This document shows positions 27,889 through 42,338 of a stretch of DNA of 64,000 nucleotides, piece after piece. Source of the stretch: Eledone cirrhosa (lineage: Eukaryota). Under the pieces are notes generated by a model that saw only the letters and a list, made by a program, of their open reading frames with translations, was not told the origin of the DNA and did no database searches. The DNA is taken from positions 51,274,001-51,338,000 of the forward strand of contig OZ024750.1 in assembly GCA_964016885.1 (NCBI GenBank). The letters run 5' to 3'. Numbering within the stretch: position 1 is the stretch's first letter; every line of letters begins with the position of its first letter. Position numbers and translations under genes: made by a program.

Positions 27889-28341
27889 AATGAGTTGTGG
27901 TAAACAAGCCAAAGAAACTTAAGTAGGTGTATATGTCACTGGTGTTACCGAGTTTAGTAATCCAAGTTGTACGTGTGTATACATACTTCTTCTTCACCAG
28001 GGGTTGTCCATTATAGGTATCAACACCTGCAGATTATAGTTAAACCTTTGATAAACTGTAATTTTACTACCAAATTTCATACATATGTGTGTGTGTGTGT
28101 GTTTATGTGTGTGTATGTGTGTTAACGCGTCTGTGCGTGCGTGTGTGAGTGTCTATGTGTGTGTATGTGTGTGTTGGATAATGAAAAAAAAAGTGAAGTG
28201 CTTAGTCAGTTCATTGATTAACGATCTTTCCAGAAGATTGATTGATCTACTGACGGTGGAAGTTATGTAACCCCATAATATTTAGTCTCCACACAAAAGA
28301 TCCATCTCACCGCCTTCGTCAGAAACAGGTAGATACCAGTG

Positions 28342-28379
<38 letters not shown>

Positions 28380-28468
28380 AGGCTTTAACTTCAGCTTACA
28401 GTGGACATGCTCACTCTAAGCCAAATTGGAAGGCTTATATGGCACTATCTTATACATCGAACATTGTA

Positions 28469-28524
28469 TTTTATCTGATGAAGTCATACCATAATTTGGT
28501 ATCCTTGAAATATATATAATAAAA
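28469..28524 (+). ncRNA. Minimal hammerhead family A (paralogues 34527-34582, 40639-40694, 44383-44438, 52911-52966)
   Basis: UUUUAU-CUGAUGA-aguc AUACCA uaauu UGGUAU ccuu-GAAA-UAUAUA-UA/AUAAAA. Confidence 0.65.
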
Positions 28525-28675
28525 ATATATGTGATGCTATAGTGATATTTTCCATTTATTACTATTAATAATATTATAATACTCCAGATAAAATTTCTGC
28601 TGTAGAGTGCTTCATATCTGTTATGTGCTTCATATAAGTTGAATACTCATCAACAAAGCGTATAACTCATTGTTT

Positions 28676-28850
28676 AACGGCAGAGCTGAAGCCGTTTCGA
28701 CGGCTATTTCTGTCCAGAAATAGCCGTCGAAACGACTTGAGCTCTGCCGTCGGGGTTAAACATTTTCCTATTACCTACTCTACGACCCTAATTACTGAGT
28801 ACTCTGGTGTCTCATGGTCCAACTGGTTCCTTACCACACTTCCTTCGTTA
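28676..28850. mobile_element. Fold-back element (paralogues ~34734, 40846, 44590, 53117)
   Basis: ~35-bp-arm hairpin acggcagagct..tttct gtcc agaaa..agctctgccgt plus tail. Confidence 0.75.
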
Positions 28851-29062
28851 TATATATATATATCCCACAGGATGACACAACCAGTGTTCTAACATATCCA
28901 CAAACCACCCCCCGGGTTTGATACTTTATTTCATCGAGACGTAAAGATAGGAATAAATACTTATTGAACTATATTTACTACCAATGATGAATGGAATTCT
29001 GAGTAAATTATAATTTCAAAATCAATATCATATTTCTAAATTAGAAAAAAAAAATAGTTATT

Positions 29063-29144
29063 CGCTGCGGGCAGGATTCGAACCTGCGCGGGCAACGCCC
29101 ATTGGATTTCAAGTCCAACGCCTTAACCACTCGGCCACCACAGC
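29063..29144 (-). tRNA. tRNA-Ser(UGA), copy 2
   Basis: Same sequence as copy 1. Confidence 0.95.
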
Positions 29145-29620
29145 TGATATAGGAGTGTTGATATAAATTGACCTTTTAAAGCTATCAACAGATGTATGTT
29201 TGATTGTTTAGAAAGATTGATCAGAAGCAGCAGGTCTTCCATAGAAAATACGTAGTTATGTGGGTAGGTAGGAGATAAGTTTGTATGTGGATATGTGGAT
29301 ATATAGATATATATATACATATATTAGTATTGCTGCTCTGAAATGGCGATGTATACATGAATGTATGTATAATAGTGATTATGTTATTTACTTGTTCTCG
29401 GCAAAAACAACAGAGAGCGGCGGACAGACAGTCTGTTTCTCGCTTGTGAGCGTTTATCAAGACCACACACTCGGTTGCCTTTGCCGAGAATTATAGAGGC
29501 TGGATTCTTATAGAATTCCAGTAATAATCAGGAGCGGATTAAACAAAGCGATTGCCGGTCCAGCAAAAATTAGGTATTGAGGCTCTAAATAGCGATGAAT
29601 ACATGAATGTATATGTGTGA

Positions 29621-29686
<66 letters not shown>

Positions 29687-29914
29687 TTGAGGGCGGCCGA
29701 CATAACGAGAACTGCTAAATGTTTGACCGCCTTCTTGTCCCTGCCTTTTCAGCCCCATGGATTATATTCCCTTTATTAAATTACGAATACCTGATGATGT
29801 GACCGGATTCATAATAAAGAACCCGGTCATTGAAATGTTCATAGTATAATAAATCTTTTAAGGAATTACACCAGTCCAGCCTCCTGTTATTTTATAATAT
29901 AGTTATATATATAC

Positions 29915-30002
<88 letters not shown>

Positions 30003-30056
30003 GTGGGCAAGTAAGAAATCGGAGAATAGACCGTTAAAACATGTTTATTTAAAACA

Positions 30057-30097
30057 GCACCTACGTACGTTTCGCCCAGTAGGGCTTCTCAAGGGCA
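30057..30097 (-). ncRNA. Hammerhead-like motif with variant core CUUGAGA (paralogues ~36123, 42079, 45958)
   Basis: UGCC-CUUGAGA-a GCCC uacu GGGC-GAAA-CGUACG-UA/GGUG. Confidence 0.45.
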
Positions 30098-30306
30098 TAA
30101 ATAATAAAAAGTGTTCCTTACGTTGCTCGGAAAGAGTTTTGGGGGTTAAACCCACGTCAAGGTTCATTGCTCGCAAAAATAGCTTGTATCACCTATCCTA
30201 CCCTTTTTTTGTATCACCTATCCTACCCTTTTTTTTGTATCACCTATCCTACCCTTTTTTTTTCTCTCTCTCTATACGTAAATACTGTATATATATATAT
30301 ATATAT

Positions 30307-30500
30307 ATAGGAACGAGTAGGACACCGACGGCTGAGCTCAAGCCGTTTCGACGGCTAATTCGTCCAGAATTAGCCGTCGAAACAGCTTGAGCTCAGCCGT
30401 CGGGGTCCTACTCATTCCTATTACCCACTCTACTACCCTAAGTATTGAGTACTTTGGTGCGTTATGGTCTACCTGGTTCCTTACCACATTACCTTCGTTA
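30307..30500. mobile_element. Fold-back element: 55-bp arms + ~80-bp tail (paralogues ~36374, 42336, 46215)
   Basis: 30307-30361 versus 30367-30421 inverted with 3 mismatches; loop gtcca. Confidence 0.8.
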
Positions 30501-31055
30501 TTTGAGGGTCATATTATAATAATATTGCCAGAATTAATCACAGAACACACTCACTGTTTGGTTGGTTTTCTTTTCACGCTCTCTTTTATATCGGTAATCT
30601 AACTTACTCAGTCCTCATGTTGCCATTGACTGACCGACGGTCAAAAATAATACAGATACAATATAGACACAAACACAGATATATAGTTTATCATAAATCT
30701 TTCGTTGCACATCTGCAACATCGTCAGTGGTTCTATTGTTTCCTCCTGTTGAATTGTATGGCTACGCCATTTTTATTCAGTCTGTCTATATATTTATTTA
30801 TTTATTTGCTTGTTTGTTTATTTTATTTTGTCTTCTTTGCGCATGCGTTTGCGTGTGTGTATAGTGTTTTGTTTTATGTATGATGTGTGTTCATGATAGG
30901 GTGACTCATGTGTGTTTATGTGTTTGTTGTTATTGTGCTTGTGTATGTATTTATTTATTTATTTATTTATTTATTTTATTTTATTTACTTATTTATACTT
31001 CTCTTAGGTCAGTGTTGTTTGTTTGGGTGTTGTTGTTATTCCATTCATTCTTTCT
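30500..31055 (-). mobile_element. 3' end/pLTR of a diverged relative of the 48.6-51.4 kb PLE, with degenerate hammerhead at 30690-30731 (paralogues ~36.6, 42.5, 46.4 kb)
   Basis: ORF end RKNEWNNN resembles RKYEWNSN. Shares aaaatggcgtag and gagggtcat. Motif ACCA-CUGACGA-u GUUGCA..UGCAAC-GAAA-GAUU-UA/UGAU. Confidence 0.65.
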
Positions 31056-31139
31056 ATATATATATATATCATTTCTGACTTTTGCGTTTCGCTTCGCCTT
31101 TCCTGCCCACCGAAATGCGATTCTCGATGAATCTTTATT

Positions 31140-31197
<58 letters not shown>

Positions 31198-32176
31198 ACT
31201 TCAAAATATTAATAAATTTAGACATTCATGTGATCAAATATATTTTATTATACATATTACAGAGATGCTGAGCTATTTCAACAGTACGTCCTCATCAGAT
31301 AAAATAAGTTGATGCTTGACATATTTTGACTATGTTGATGGTTATAATTTAGTCATATATATATATATATTTATACATACATACATATATTGTAGTACAC
31401 AGTTGGTGTAAGTATTGAAAGGTTTATACCACTCAGTACATAGGGCGAGATATAATCATTTACAACAGTGACATATACAGGTACTGAAGTTTCGTTGCGT
31501 TGTTTACCCCAACTCATTCAGCCTGACATTATTGTGAGAGGCTGTGGATTGGCAGTATCGGTAGAGGGTCGGACGCCATGCTTTGATGCAAAGAGTTACG
31601 GCCCTTGCCATTCTGAGTTCAAATCCCGCCAAAGTTGACTTTGCCTTTCATCCTTACGGGGTCGATAAAATAAAGTACCAGTAATGCACTGGGTAATTGC
31701 TGGCCTTGTGCCTAAAGTAGAAACAATTATTGTGAGAGGCTGAATGAGTTGTGGTAAAGAAGCCAAAGAAACTTAAGTTGGTGTATATGTCACTGGTGTT
31801 ACCGAGTTTAGTAATCCAAGTTGTACGTGTGTATACTTACTTCTTCTTCACCAGGGGTTGTCCATTATATGTATCAACACCTGCAGGTTATAGTTAAACC
31901 TTTGATAAACTGTGATTTCACTACCAAATTTCATACATATGTGTGTGTGTGTGTGTTTATGTGTGTGTGTGTGTGTGTTAGCGCGTCTGTGCGTGCGCGT
32001 GCGCGTGTGCGTGTATGTGTGTGTGTGTGTGTGTTAGCGCGTCTGTGCGTGTGTGTATGTGTGTGTGTATGAGTGTATTGGACAATGAAAAGAAATAATG
32101 AACTGAAATCTGAATAAATTATAGTTTCAAAATCAATAACATATTTCTAAAATAGAAAAAAAAAAGAAAAGTTAAT

Positions 32177-32258
32177 CGCTGCGGGCAGGATTCGAACCTA
32201 CGCGGGCAACGCCCATTGGATTTCAAGTCCAACGCCTTAACCACTCGGCCACCACAGC
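32177..32258 (-). tRNA. tRNA-Ser(UGA), copy 3 (T-stem U:G variant)
   Basis: T arm GTAGG-TTCGAAT-CCTGC. Confidence 0.93.
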
Positions 32259-32411
32259 TGACGTAACACTGATGATGTAAATTGACCATTTAAACCTATA
32301 CAACAGATGTATGTTTGATTGTTTAGAAAGATTGATCAGAGGCAGCAGGTCTTCCATAGAGAATACGTAGTTATGTAGGTAGGTAAGAGGTAGGTTTGTA
32401 TGTGGATATGT

Positions 32412-32494
<83 letters not shown>

Positions 32495-32873
32495 TATATA
32501 TATATATATATATACTTATATTAGTATTGGTCCTCTGAAATGGCGATGTATACATGAATGTATGTATAATATACTGTATGTCTAATTAAAAACATTTAGA
32601 AGACCATTCGCTATTAGTTTGAAAGTAGTGATTATGTTATTTACTTGTTCTCGTCAAAAACAACAGAGAGCGGCCGACAGACAGTCTGTTTCTCGCTTGT
32701 GAGCGTTTATCAAGACCACACACTCGGTTGCCTTTGCCGAGAATTATAGAGGCTGGATTCTTATAGAATTCCAGTAATAATCAGGAGCTGATTAAACAAA
32801 GCGATTGCCGGACCAGCAAAAATTAGGTATTAATGCTCTAAATAGCGATGAATACATGAATGTATATGTGTGA

Positions 32874-32929
<56 letters not shown>

Positions 32930-33157
32930 TTGAAGGCGGTCGATTTGACGAGAAACTGCTAAATGTATGGCCGCCTTTTTGTCCCTGCCTTTTCAGCCCC
33001 ATGGATTATATTCCTTCATTAAATTACGAATACCTGATGATGTGACCGGATTCATATAGAAACCCGGTCATTGAAATGTTCATAGTATAATAAATCTTTT
33101 AAGGAATTACACCAGTCCAGCCTCCTGTTATTTTATATATATATATATATATATACA

Positions 33158-33221
<64 letters not shown>

Positions 33222-33294
33222 AAACATTTCTGATTTTTGCGTTTCGCTTCGCCTCTCCTGCCCGCCGAAATGCAATTCTCGATGAATCTTTATT

Positions 33295-33347
<53 letters not shown>

Positions 33348-34399
33348 CTTCAAAATATTAATAAATATAGACATTCATGTGATCAAATATATTTTATTAT
33401 ACATATTTCACAGTTACTGAGCTATTTCAACAGTATGTCCTCATCAGATAAAATAACTTGATGCTTGACATACCTTGACTATGTTGATGGTTATAACTTA
33501 GTCATATATATATATATATATATTTATACATACATACATATATTGTAGTACACAGTTGGTGTAAGTATTGAAAGGTTTATACCACTCAGTACATAGGGCG
33601 AGATATAATCATTTACAACAGTGACATATACAGGTACTGAAGTTTCGTTGCGTTGTTTACCCCAACTCATTCAGCCTGACATTATTGTGAGAGGCTGTGG
33701 ATTGGCAGTATCGGTAGAGGGTCGGACGCCATGTTTTCCAGCAGAGTTACGTCCCTTTACGATATGAGTTCACATCCCGCCCAGGTTGACTTTGCCTTTC
33801 ATCCTTACGGGGTCGATAAAATAAAGTACCAGTAATGCACTGGGTAATTGCTGGCCTTGTGCCTAAAGTAGAAACAATTATTGTGAGAGGATGAATGAGT
33901 TGTGGTAAAGAAGCCAAAGAAACTTAAGTTGGTGTATATGTCACTGGTGTTACCGAGTTTAGTAATCCAAGTTGTACGTGTGTATACTTACTTCTTCTTC
34001 ACCAGGGGTTGTCCATTATATGTATCAACACCTGCAGATTATAGTTAAACCTTTGATAAACTGTAATTTTACTACCAAATTTCATACATATGTGTGTGTG
34101 TGTGTGTGTATGTGTGTGTGTGTGTGTGTGCGCGTGTGTGTGTGTGTGTGTGTGTGTGTTTTTTTATGTGTGTGTGTGTTAACGCGTCTGTGCGTGCGTG
34201 TGTGAGTGGCTCTGTGTGTGTATGTGTGTGTTGGACAATGAAAAAAAAAAGTGAAGTGCTTAGTCAGTTCATTGATTAACGATCTTTCCAGAAGATTGAT
34301 TGATCTACTGACGGTGGAAGTTATGTAACCCCATAATATTTAGTCTCCACACAAAAGATCCATCTCACCGCCTTCGTCAGAAACAGGTAGATACCAGTG

Positions 34400-34437
<38 letters not shown>

Positions 34438-35120
34438 AGGCTTTAACTTCAGCTTACAGTGGACATGCTCACTCTAAGCCAAATTGGAAGGCTTATATGG
34501 CACTATCTTATACATCGAACATTGTATTTTATCTGATGAAGTCATACCATAATTTGGTATCCTTGAAATATATATAATAAAAATATATGTGATGCTATAG
34601 TGATATTTTCCATTTATTACTATTAATAATATTATAATACTCCAGATAAAATTTCTGCTGTAGAGTGCTTCATATCTGTTATGTGCTTCATATAAGTTGA
34701 ATACTCATCAACAAAGCGTATAACTCATTGTTTAACGGCAGAGCTGAAGCCGTTTCGACGGCTATTTCTGTCCAGAAATAGCCGTCGAAACGACTTGAGC
34801 TCTGCCGTCGGGGTTAAACATTTTCCTATTACCTACTCTACGACCCTAATTACTGAGTACTCTGGTGTCTCATGGTCCAACTGGTTCCTTACCACACTTC
34901 CTTCGTTATATATATATATATCCCACAGGATGACACAACCAGTGTTCTAACATATCCACAAACCACCCCCCGGGTTTGATACTTTATTTCATCGAGACGT
35001 AAAGATAGGAATAAATACTTATTGAACTATATTTACTACCAATGATGAATGGAATTCTGAGTAAATTATAATTTCAAAATCAATATCATATTTCTAAATT
35101 AGAAAAAAAAAATAGTTATT

Positions 35121-35202
35121 CGCTGCGGGCAGGATTCGAACCTGCGCGGGCAACGCCCATTGGATTTCAAGTCCAACGCCTTAACCACTCGGCCACCACA
35201 GC
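35121..35202 (-). tRNA. tRNA-Ser(UGA), copy 4
   Basis: Same sequence as copy 1. Confidence 0.95.
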
Positions 35203-35678
35203 TGATATAGGAGTGTTGATATAAATTGACCTTTTAAAGCTATCAACAGATGTATGTTTGATTGTTTAGAAAGATTGATCAGAAGCAGCAGGTCTTCCAT
35301 AGAAAATACGTAGTTATGTGGGTAGGTAGGAGATAAGTTTGTATGTGGATATGTGGATATATAGATATATATATACATATATTAGTATTGCTGCTCTGAA
35401 ATGGCGATGTATACATGAATGTATGTATAATAGTGATTATGTTATTTACTTGTTCTCGGCAAAAACAACAGAGAGCGGCGGACAGACAGTCTGTTTCTCG
35501 CTTGTGAGCGTTTATCAAGACCACACACTCGGTTGCCTTTGCCGAGAATTATAGAGGCTGGATTCTTATAGAATTCCAGTAATAATCAGGAGCGGATTAA
35601 ACAAAGCGATTGCCGGTCCAGCAAAAATTAGGTATTGAGGCTCTAAATAGCGATGAATACATGAATGTATATGTGTGA

Positions 35679-35744
<66 letters not shown>

Positions 35745-35972
35745 TTGAGGGCGGCCGACATAACGAGAACTGCTAAATGTTTGACCGCCTTCTTGTCCCT
35801 GCCTTTTCAGCCCCATGGATTATATTCCCTTTATTAAATTACGAATACCTGATGATGTGACCGGATTCATAATAAAGAACCCGGTCATTGAAATGTTCAT
35901 AGTATAATAAATCTTTTAAGGAATTACACCAGTCCAGCCTCCTGTTATTTTATAATATAGTTATATATATAC

Positions 35973-36068
<96 letters not shown>

Positions 36069-37117
36069 GTGGGCAAGTAAGAAATCGGAGAATAGACCGT
36101 TAAAACATGTTTATTTAAAACAGCACCTACGTACGTTTCGCCCAGTAGGGCTTCTCAAGGGCATAAATAATAAAAAGTGTTCCTTACGTTGCTCGGAAAG
36201 AGTTTTGGGGGTTAAACCCACGTCAAGGTTCATTGCTCGCAAAAATAGCTTGTATCACCTATCCTACCCTTTTTTTGTATCACCTATCCTACCCTTTTTT
36301 TTGTATCACCTATCCTACCCTTTTTTTTTCTCTCTCTCTATACGTAAATACTGTATATATATATATATATATATAGGAACGAGTAGGACACCGACGGCTG
36401 AGCTCAAGCCGTTTCGACGGCTAATTCGTCCAGAATTAGCCGTCGAAACAGCTTGAGCTCAGCCGTCGGGGTCCTACTCATTCCTATTACCCACTCTACT
36501 ACCCTAAGTATTGAGTACTTTGGTGCGTTATGGTCTACCTGGTTCCTTACCACATTACCTTCGTTATTTGAGGGTCATATTATAATAATATTGCCAGAAT
36601 TAATCACAGAACACACTCACTGTTTGGTTGGTTTTCTTTTCACGCTCTCTTTTATATCGGTAATCTAACTTACTCAGTCCTCATGTTGCCATTGACTGAC
36701 CGACGGTCAAAAATAATACAGATACAATATAGACACAAACACAGATATATAGTTTATCATAAATCTTTCGTTGCACATCTGCAACATCGTCAGTGGTTCT
36801 ATTGTTTCCTCCTGTTGAATTGTATGGCTACGCCATTTTTATTCAGTCTGTCTATATATTTATTTATTTATTTGCTTGTTTGTTTATTTTATTTTGTCTT
36901 CTTTGCGCATGCGTTTGCGTGTGTGTATAGTGTTTTGTTTTATGTATGATGTGTGTTCATGATAGGGTGACTCATGTGTGTTTATGTGTTTGTTGTTATT
37001 GTGCTTGTGTATGTATTTATTTATTTATTTATTTATTTATTTTATTTTATTTACTTATTTATACTTCTCTTAGGTCAGTGTTGTTTGTTTGGGTGTTGTT
37101 GTTATTCCATTCATTCT

Positions 37118-37179
<62 letters not shown>

Positions 37180-37247
37180 TTTCTGACTTTTGCGTTTCGC
37201 TTCGCCTTTCCTGCCCACCGAAATGCGATTCTCGATGAATCTTTATT

Positions 37248-37305
<58 letters not shown>

Positions 37306-38284
37306 ACTTCAAAATATTAATAAATTTAGACATTCATGTGATCAAATATATTTTATTATACATATTACAGAGATGCTGAGCTATTTCAACAGTACGTCCT
37401 CATCAGATAAAATAAGTTGATGCTTGACATATTTTGACTATGTTGATGGTTATAATTTAGTCATATATATATATATATTTATACATACATACATATATTG
37501 TAGTACACAGTTGGTGTAAGTATTGAAAGGTTTATACCACTCAGTACATAGGGCGAGATATAATCATTTACAACAGTGACATATACAGGTACTGAAGTTT
37601 CGTTGCGTTGTTTACCCCAACTCATTCAGCCTGACATTATTGTGAGAGGCTGTGGATTGGCAGTATCGGTAGAGGGTCGGACGCCATGCTTTGATGCAAA
37701 GAGTTACGGCCCTTGCCATTCTGAGTTCAAATCCCGCCAAAGTTGACTTTGCCTTTCATCCTTACGGGGTCGATAAAATAAAGTACCAGTAATGCACTGG
37801 GTAATTGCTGGCCTTGTGCCTAAAGTAGAAACAATTATTGTGAGAGGCTGAATGAGTTGTGGTAAAGAAGCCAAAGAAACTTAAGTTGGTGTATATGTCA
37901 CTGGTGTTACCGAGTTTAGTAATCCAAGTTGTACGTGTGTATACTTACTTCTTCTTCACCAGGGGTTGTCCATTATATGTATCAACACCTGCAGGTTATA
38001 GTTAAACCTTTGATAAACTGTGATTTCACTACCAAATTTCATACATATGTGTGTGTGTGTGTGTTTATGTGTGTGTGTGTGTGTGTTAGCGCGTCTGTGC
38101 GTGCGCGTGCGCGTGTGCGTGTATGTGTGTGTGTGTGTGTGTTAGCGCGTCTGTGCGTGTGTGTATGTGTGTGTGTATGAGTGTATTGGACAATGAAAAG
38201 AAATAATGAACTGAAATCTGAATAAATTATAGTTTCAAAATCAATAACATATTTCTAAAATAGAAAAAAAAAAGAAAAGTTAAT

Positions 38285-38366
38285 CGCTGCGGGCAGGATT
38301 CGAACCTACGCGGGCAACGCCCATTGGATTTCAAGTCCAACGCCTTAACCACTCGGCCACCACAGC
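38285..38366 (-). tRNA. tRNA-Ser(UGA), copy 5 (T-stem U:G variant)
   Basis: Same sequence as copy 3. Confidence 0.93.
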
Positions 38367-38519
38367 TGACGTAACACTGATGATGTAAATTGACCATTTA
38401 AACCTATACAACAGATGTATGTTTGATTGTTTAGAAAGATTGATCAGAGGCAGCAGGTCTTCCATAGAGAATACGTAGTTATGTAGGTAGGTAAGAGGTA
38501 GGTTTGTATGTGGATATGT

Positions 38520-38600
<81 letters not shown>

Positions 38601-38979
38601 TATATATATATATATATATACTTATATTAGTATTGGTCCTCTGAAATGGCGATGTATACATGAATGTATGTATAATATACTGTATGTCTAATTAAAAACA
38701 TTTAGAAGACCATTCGCTATTAGTTTGAAAGTAGTGATTATGTTATTTACTTGTTCTCGTCAAAAACAACAGAGAGCGGCCGACAGACAGTCTGTTTCTC
38801 GCTTGTGAGCGTTTATCAAGACCACACACTCGGTTGCCTTTGCCGAGAATTATAGAGGCTGGATTCTTATAGAATTCCAGTAATAATCAGGAGCTGATTA
38901 AACAAAGCGATTGCCGGACCAGCAAAAATTAGGTATTAATGCTCTAAATAGCGATGAATACATGAATGTATATGTGTGA

Positions 38980-39035
<56 letters not shown>

Positions 39036-39262
39036 TTGAAGGCGGTCGATTTGACGAGAAACTGCTAAATGTATGGCCGCCTTTTTGTCCCTGCCTTTTC
39101 AGCCCCATGGATTATATTCCTTCATTAAATTACGAATACCTGATGATGTGACCGGATTCATATAGAAACCCGGTCATTGAAATGTTCATAGTATAATAAA
39201 TCTTTTAAGGAATTACACCAGTCCAGCCTCCTGTTATTTTATATATATATATATATATATAC

Positions 39263-39336
<74 letters not shown>

Positions 39337-39406
39337 CATTTCTGATTTTTGCGTTTCGCTTCGCCTCTCCTGCCCGCCGAAATGCAATTCTCGATGAATC
39401 TTTATT

Positions 39407-39455
<49 letters not shown>

Positions 39456-40245
39456 AACTTCAAAATATTAATAAATATAGACATTCATGTGATCAAATAT
39501 ATTTTGTTATACATATTACAGAGATACTGAGCTATTTCAACAGTATGTCCTCATCAGATAAAATAAGTTGATGCTTCACATATTTTGACTATGTTGATGG
39601 TTATAACTTAGTCATATATATATATATATATATTTATACATACATACATATATTGTAGTACACAGTTGGTGTAAGTATTGAAAGGTTTAGACCACTCAGT
39701 ACATAGGGCGAGATATAATCATTTACAACAGTGACATATACAGGTACTGAAGTTTCGTTGCGTTGTTTACCCCAACTCATTCAGCCTGACATTATTGTGA
39801 GAGGCTGTGGATTGGCAGTATCGGTAGAGGGTCGGACGCCATGTTTTCCAGCAGAGTTATGTCCCTTTACGATATGAGTTCACATCCCGCCCAGGTTGAC
39901 TTTGCCTTTCATCCTTACGGGGTCGATAAAATAAAGTACCAGTAATGCACTGGGTAATTGCTGGCCTTGTGCCTAAAGTAGAAACAATTATTGTGAGAGG
40001 CTGAATGAGTTGTGGTAAAGAAGCCAAAGAAACTTAAGTTGGTGTATATGTCACTGGTGTTACCGAGTTTAGTAATCCAAGTTGTACGTGTGTATACTTA
40101 CTTCTTCTTCACCAGGGGTTGTCTATTATAGGTATCAACACCTGCAGATTATAGTTAAACCTTTGATAAACTGTAATTTTACTACCAAATTTCATACATA
40201 TGTGTGTGTGTGTGTGTGTATGTGTGTGTGTGTGTGTGTGTGCGC

Positions 40246-40276
<31 letters not shown>

Positions 40277-40514
40277 TATGTGTGTGTGTGTTAACGCGTC
40301 TGTGCGTGCGTGTGTGAGTGTCTCTGTGTGTGTATGTGTGTGTTGGACAATGAAAAAAAAAAGTGAAGTGCTTAGTCAGTTCATTGATTAACGATCTTTC
40401 CAGAAGATTGATTGATCTACTGACGGTGGAAGTTATGTAACCCCATAATATTTAGTCTCCACACAAAAGATCCATCTCACCGCCTTCGTCAGAAACAGGA
40501 ACAGGTAGATACCA

Positions 40515-40551
<37 letters not shown>

Positions 40552-41232
40552 CCTTTAACTTCAGCTTACAGTGGACCTGCTCACTCTAAGCTAAATTGGA
40601 AGGCTTATATGGCACTATCTTATACATCGAACATTGTATTTTATCTGATGAAAGCATACCATAATTTGGTATCCTTGAAATATATATAATAAAAATATAT
40701 GTGGTGCTATAGTGACATTTTCCATTTATTACTATTAATAATATTATAATACTCCAGATAAAATTTCTGCTGTGGAGTGCTTCATATCTGTTATGTGCTT
40801 CATATAAGTTGAATACTCATCAACAAAGCGTATAACTTATTGTTTAACGGCAGAGCTGAAGCCGTTTCGACGGCTATTTCTGTCCAGAAATAGCCGTCGA
40901 AACGACTTGAGCTCTGCCGTCGGGGTTAAACATTTTCCTATTACCTACTCTACGACCCTAATTACTGAGTACTCTGGTGTCTTATTGTCCAACTGGTTCC
41001 TTACCACACTTCCTTCGTTATATATATATATATCCCACAGGATGACAAAACCAGTGTTCTAACATATCCACAAACCACCCCCCGGGTTTGATACTTTATT
41101 TCATCGAGACGTAAAGATAGGAATAAATACTTATTGAACTACATTTACTACCAATGATGAATGGAATTCTGAGTAAATTATAACTTCAAAATCAATATCA
41201 TATTTCTAAATTAGGAAAAAAAAATAGTTAAT

Positions 41233-41314
41233 CGCTGCGGGTAGGATTCGAACCTACGCGGGCAACGCCCATTGGATTTCAAGTCCAACGCCTTAACCAC
41301 TCGGCCACCACAGC
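41233..41314 (-). tRNA. tRNA-Ser(UGA), copy 6 (T-stem U-A variant)
   Basis: T arm GTAGG-TTCGAAT-CCTAC. Confidence 0.93.
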
Positions 41315-41845
41315 TGATATAGTAGTGTTGATATAAATTGACCATTTAAAGCTATACAACAGATGTATGTTTGATTGTTTAGAAAGATTGATCAGAAGCA
41401 GCAGGTCTTCCATAGAGAATACGTAGTTATGTGGGTAGGTAAGAGGTAGGTTTGTATGTGGATATGTAGATATATAGATTTATATACATATATTAGTATT
41501 GCTGCTCTGAAATGGCGATGTATACATGAATGTATGTATAATATACTGTATGTCTAATTAAAAACATTTAGAAGACCATTCGCTATAAGTTTGAAAGTAG
41601 TGATTATGTTATTTACTTGTTCTCGGCAAAAACAACAGAGAGCGGTGGACAGACAGTCTGTTTCTCGCTTGTGAGCGTTTATCAAGACCACACACTCGGT
41701 TGCCTTTGCCGAGAATTATAGAAGCAGGATTCTTATAGAATTCCAGTAATAATCAGGAGCTGATTAAACAAAGCGATTGCCGGACCAGCAAAAATTAGGT
41801 ATTAATGCTCTAAATAGCGATGAATACATGAATGCATATGTGTGA

Positions 41846-41919
<74 letters not shown>

Positions 41920-41989
41920 CATTTCTGATTTTTGCGTTTCGGTTCGCCTTTCCTGCCCGCCGAAATGCAATTCTCGCTGAATCTTTATT

Positions 41990-42024
<35 letters not shown>

Positions 42025-42306
42025 GTGGGCAAGTAAGAAATCGGAGAATAGACCGTTAAAACATGTTTATTTAAAACAGCACCTACGTACGTTTCGCCCA
42101 GTAGGGCTTCTCAAGGGCATAAATAATAAAAAGTGTTCCTTACGTTGCTCGGAAAGAGTTTTGGGGGTTAAACCCACGTCAAGGTTCATTGCTCGCAAAA
42201 ATAGCTTGTATCACCTATCCTACCCTTTTTTTGTATCACCTATCCTACCCTTTTTTTTGTATCACCTATCCTACCCTTTTTTTTTCTCTCTCTCTATACG
42301 TAAATA

Positions 42307-42338
<32 letters not shown>

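Noticed and set aside
28215-28332. Minus-strand CUGACGA...GAAAGAUC candidate hammerhead
   Set aside because: GAAA is not adjacent to the stem II closure and there is no valid UH triplet or stem I
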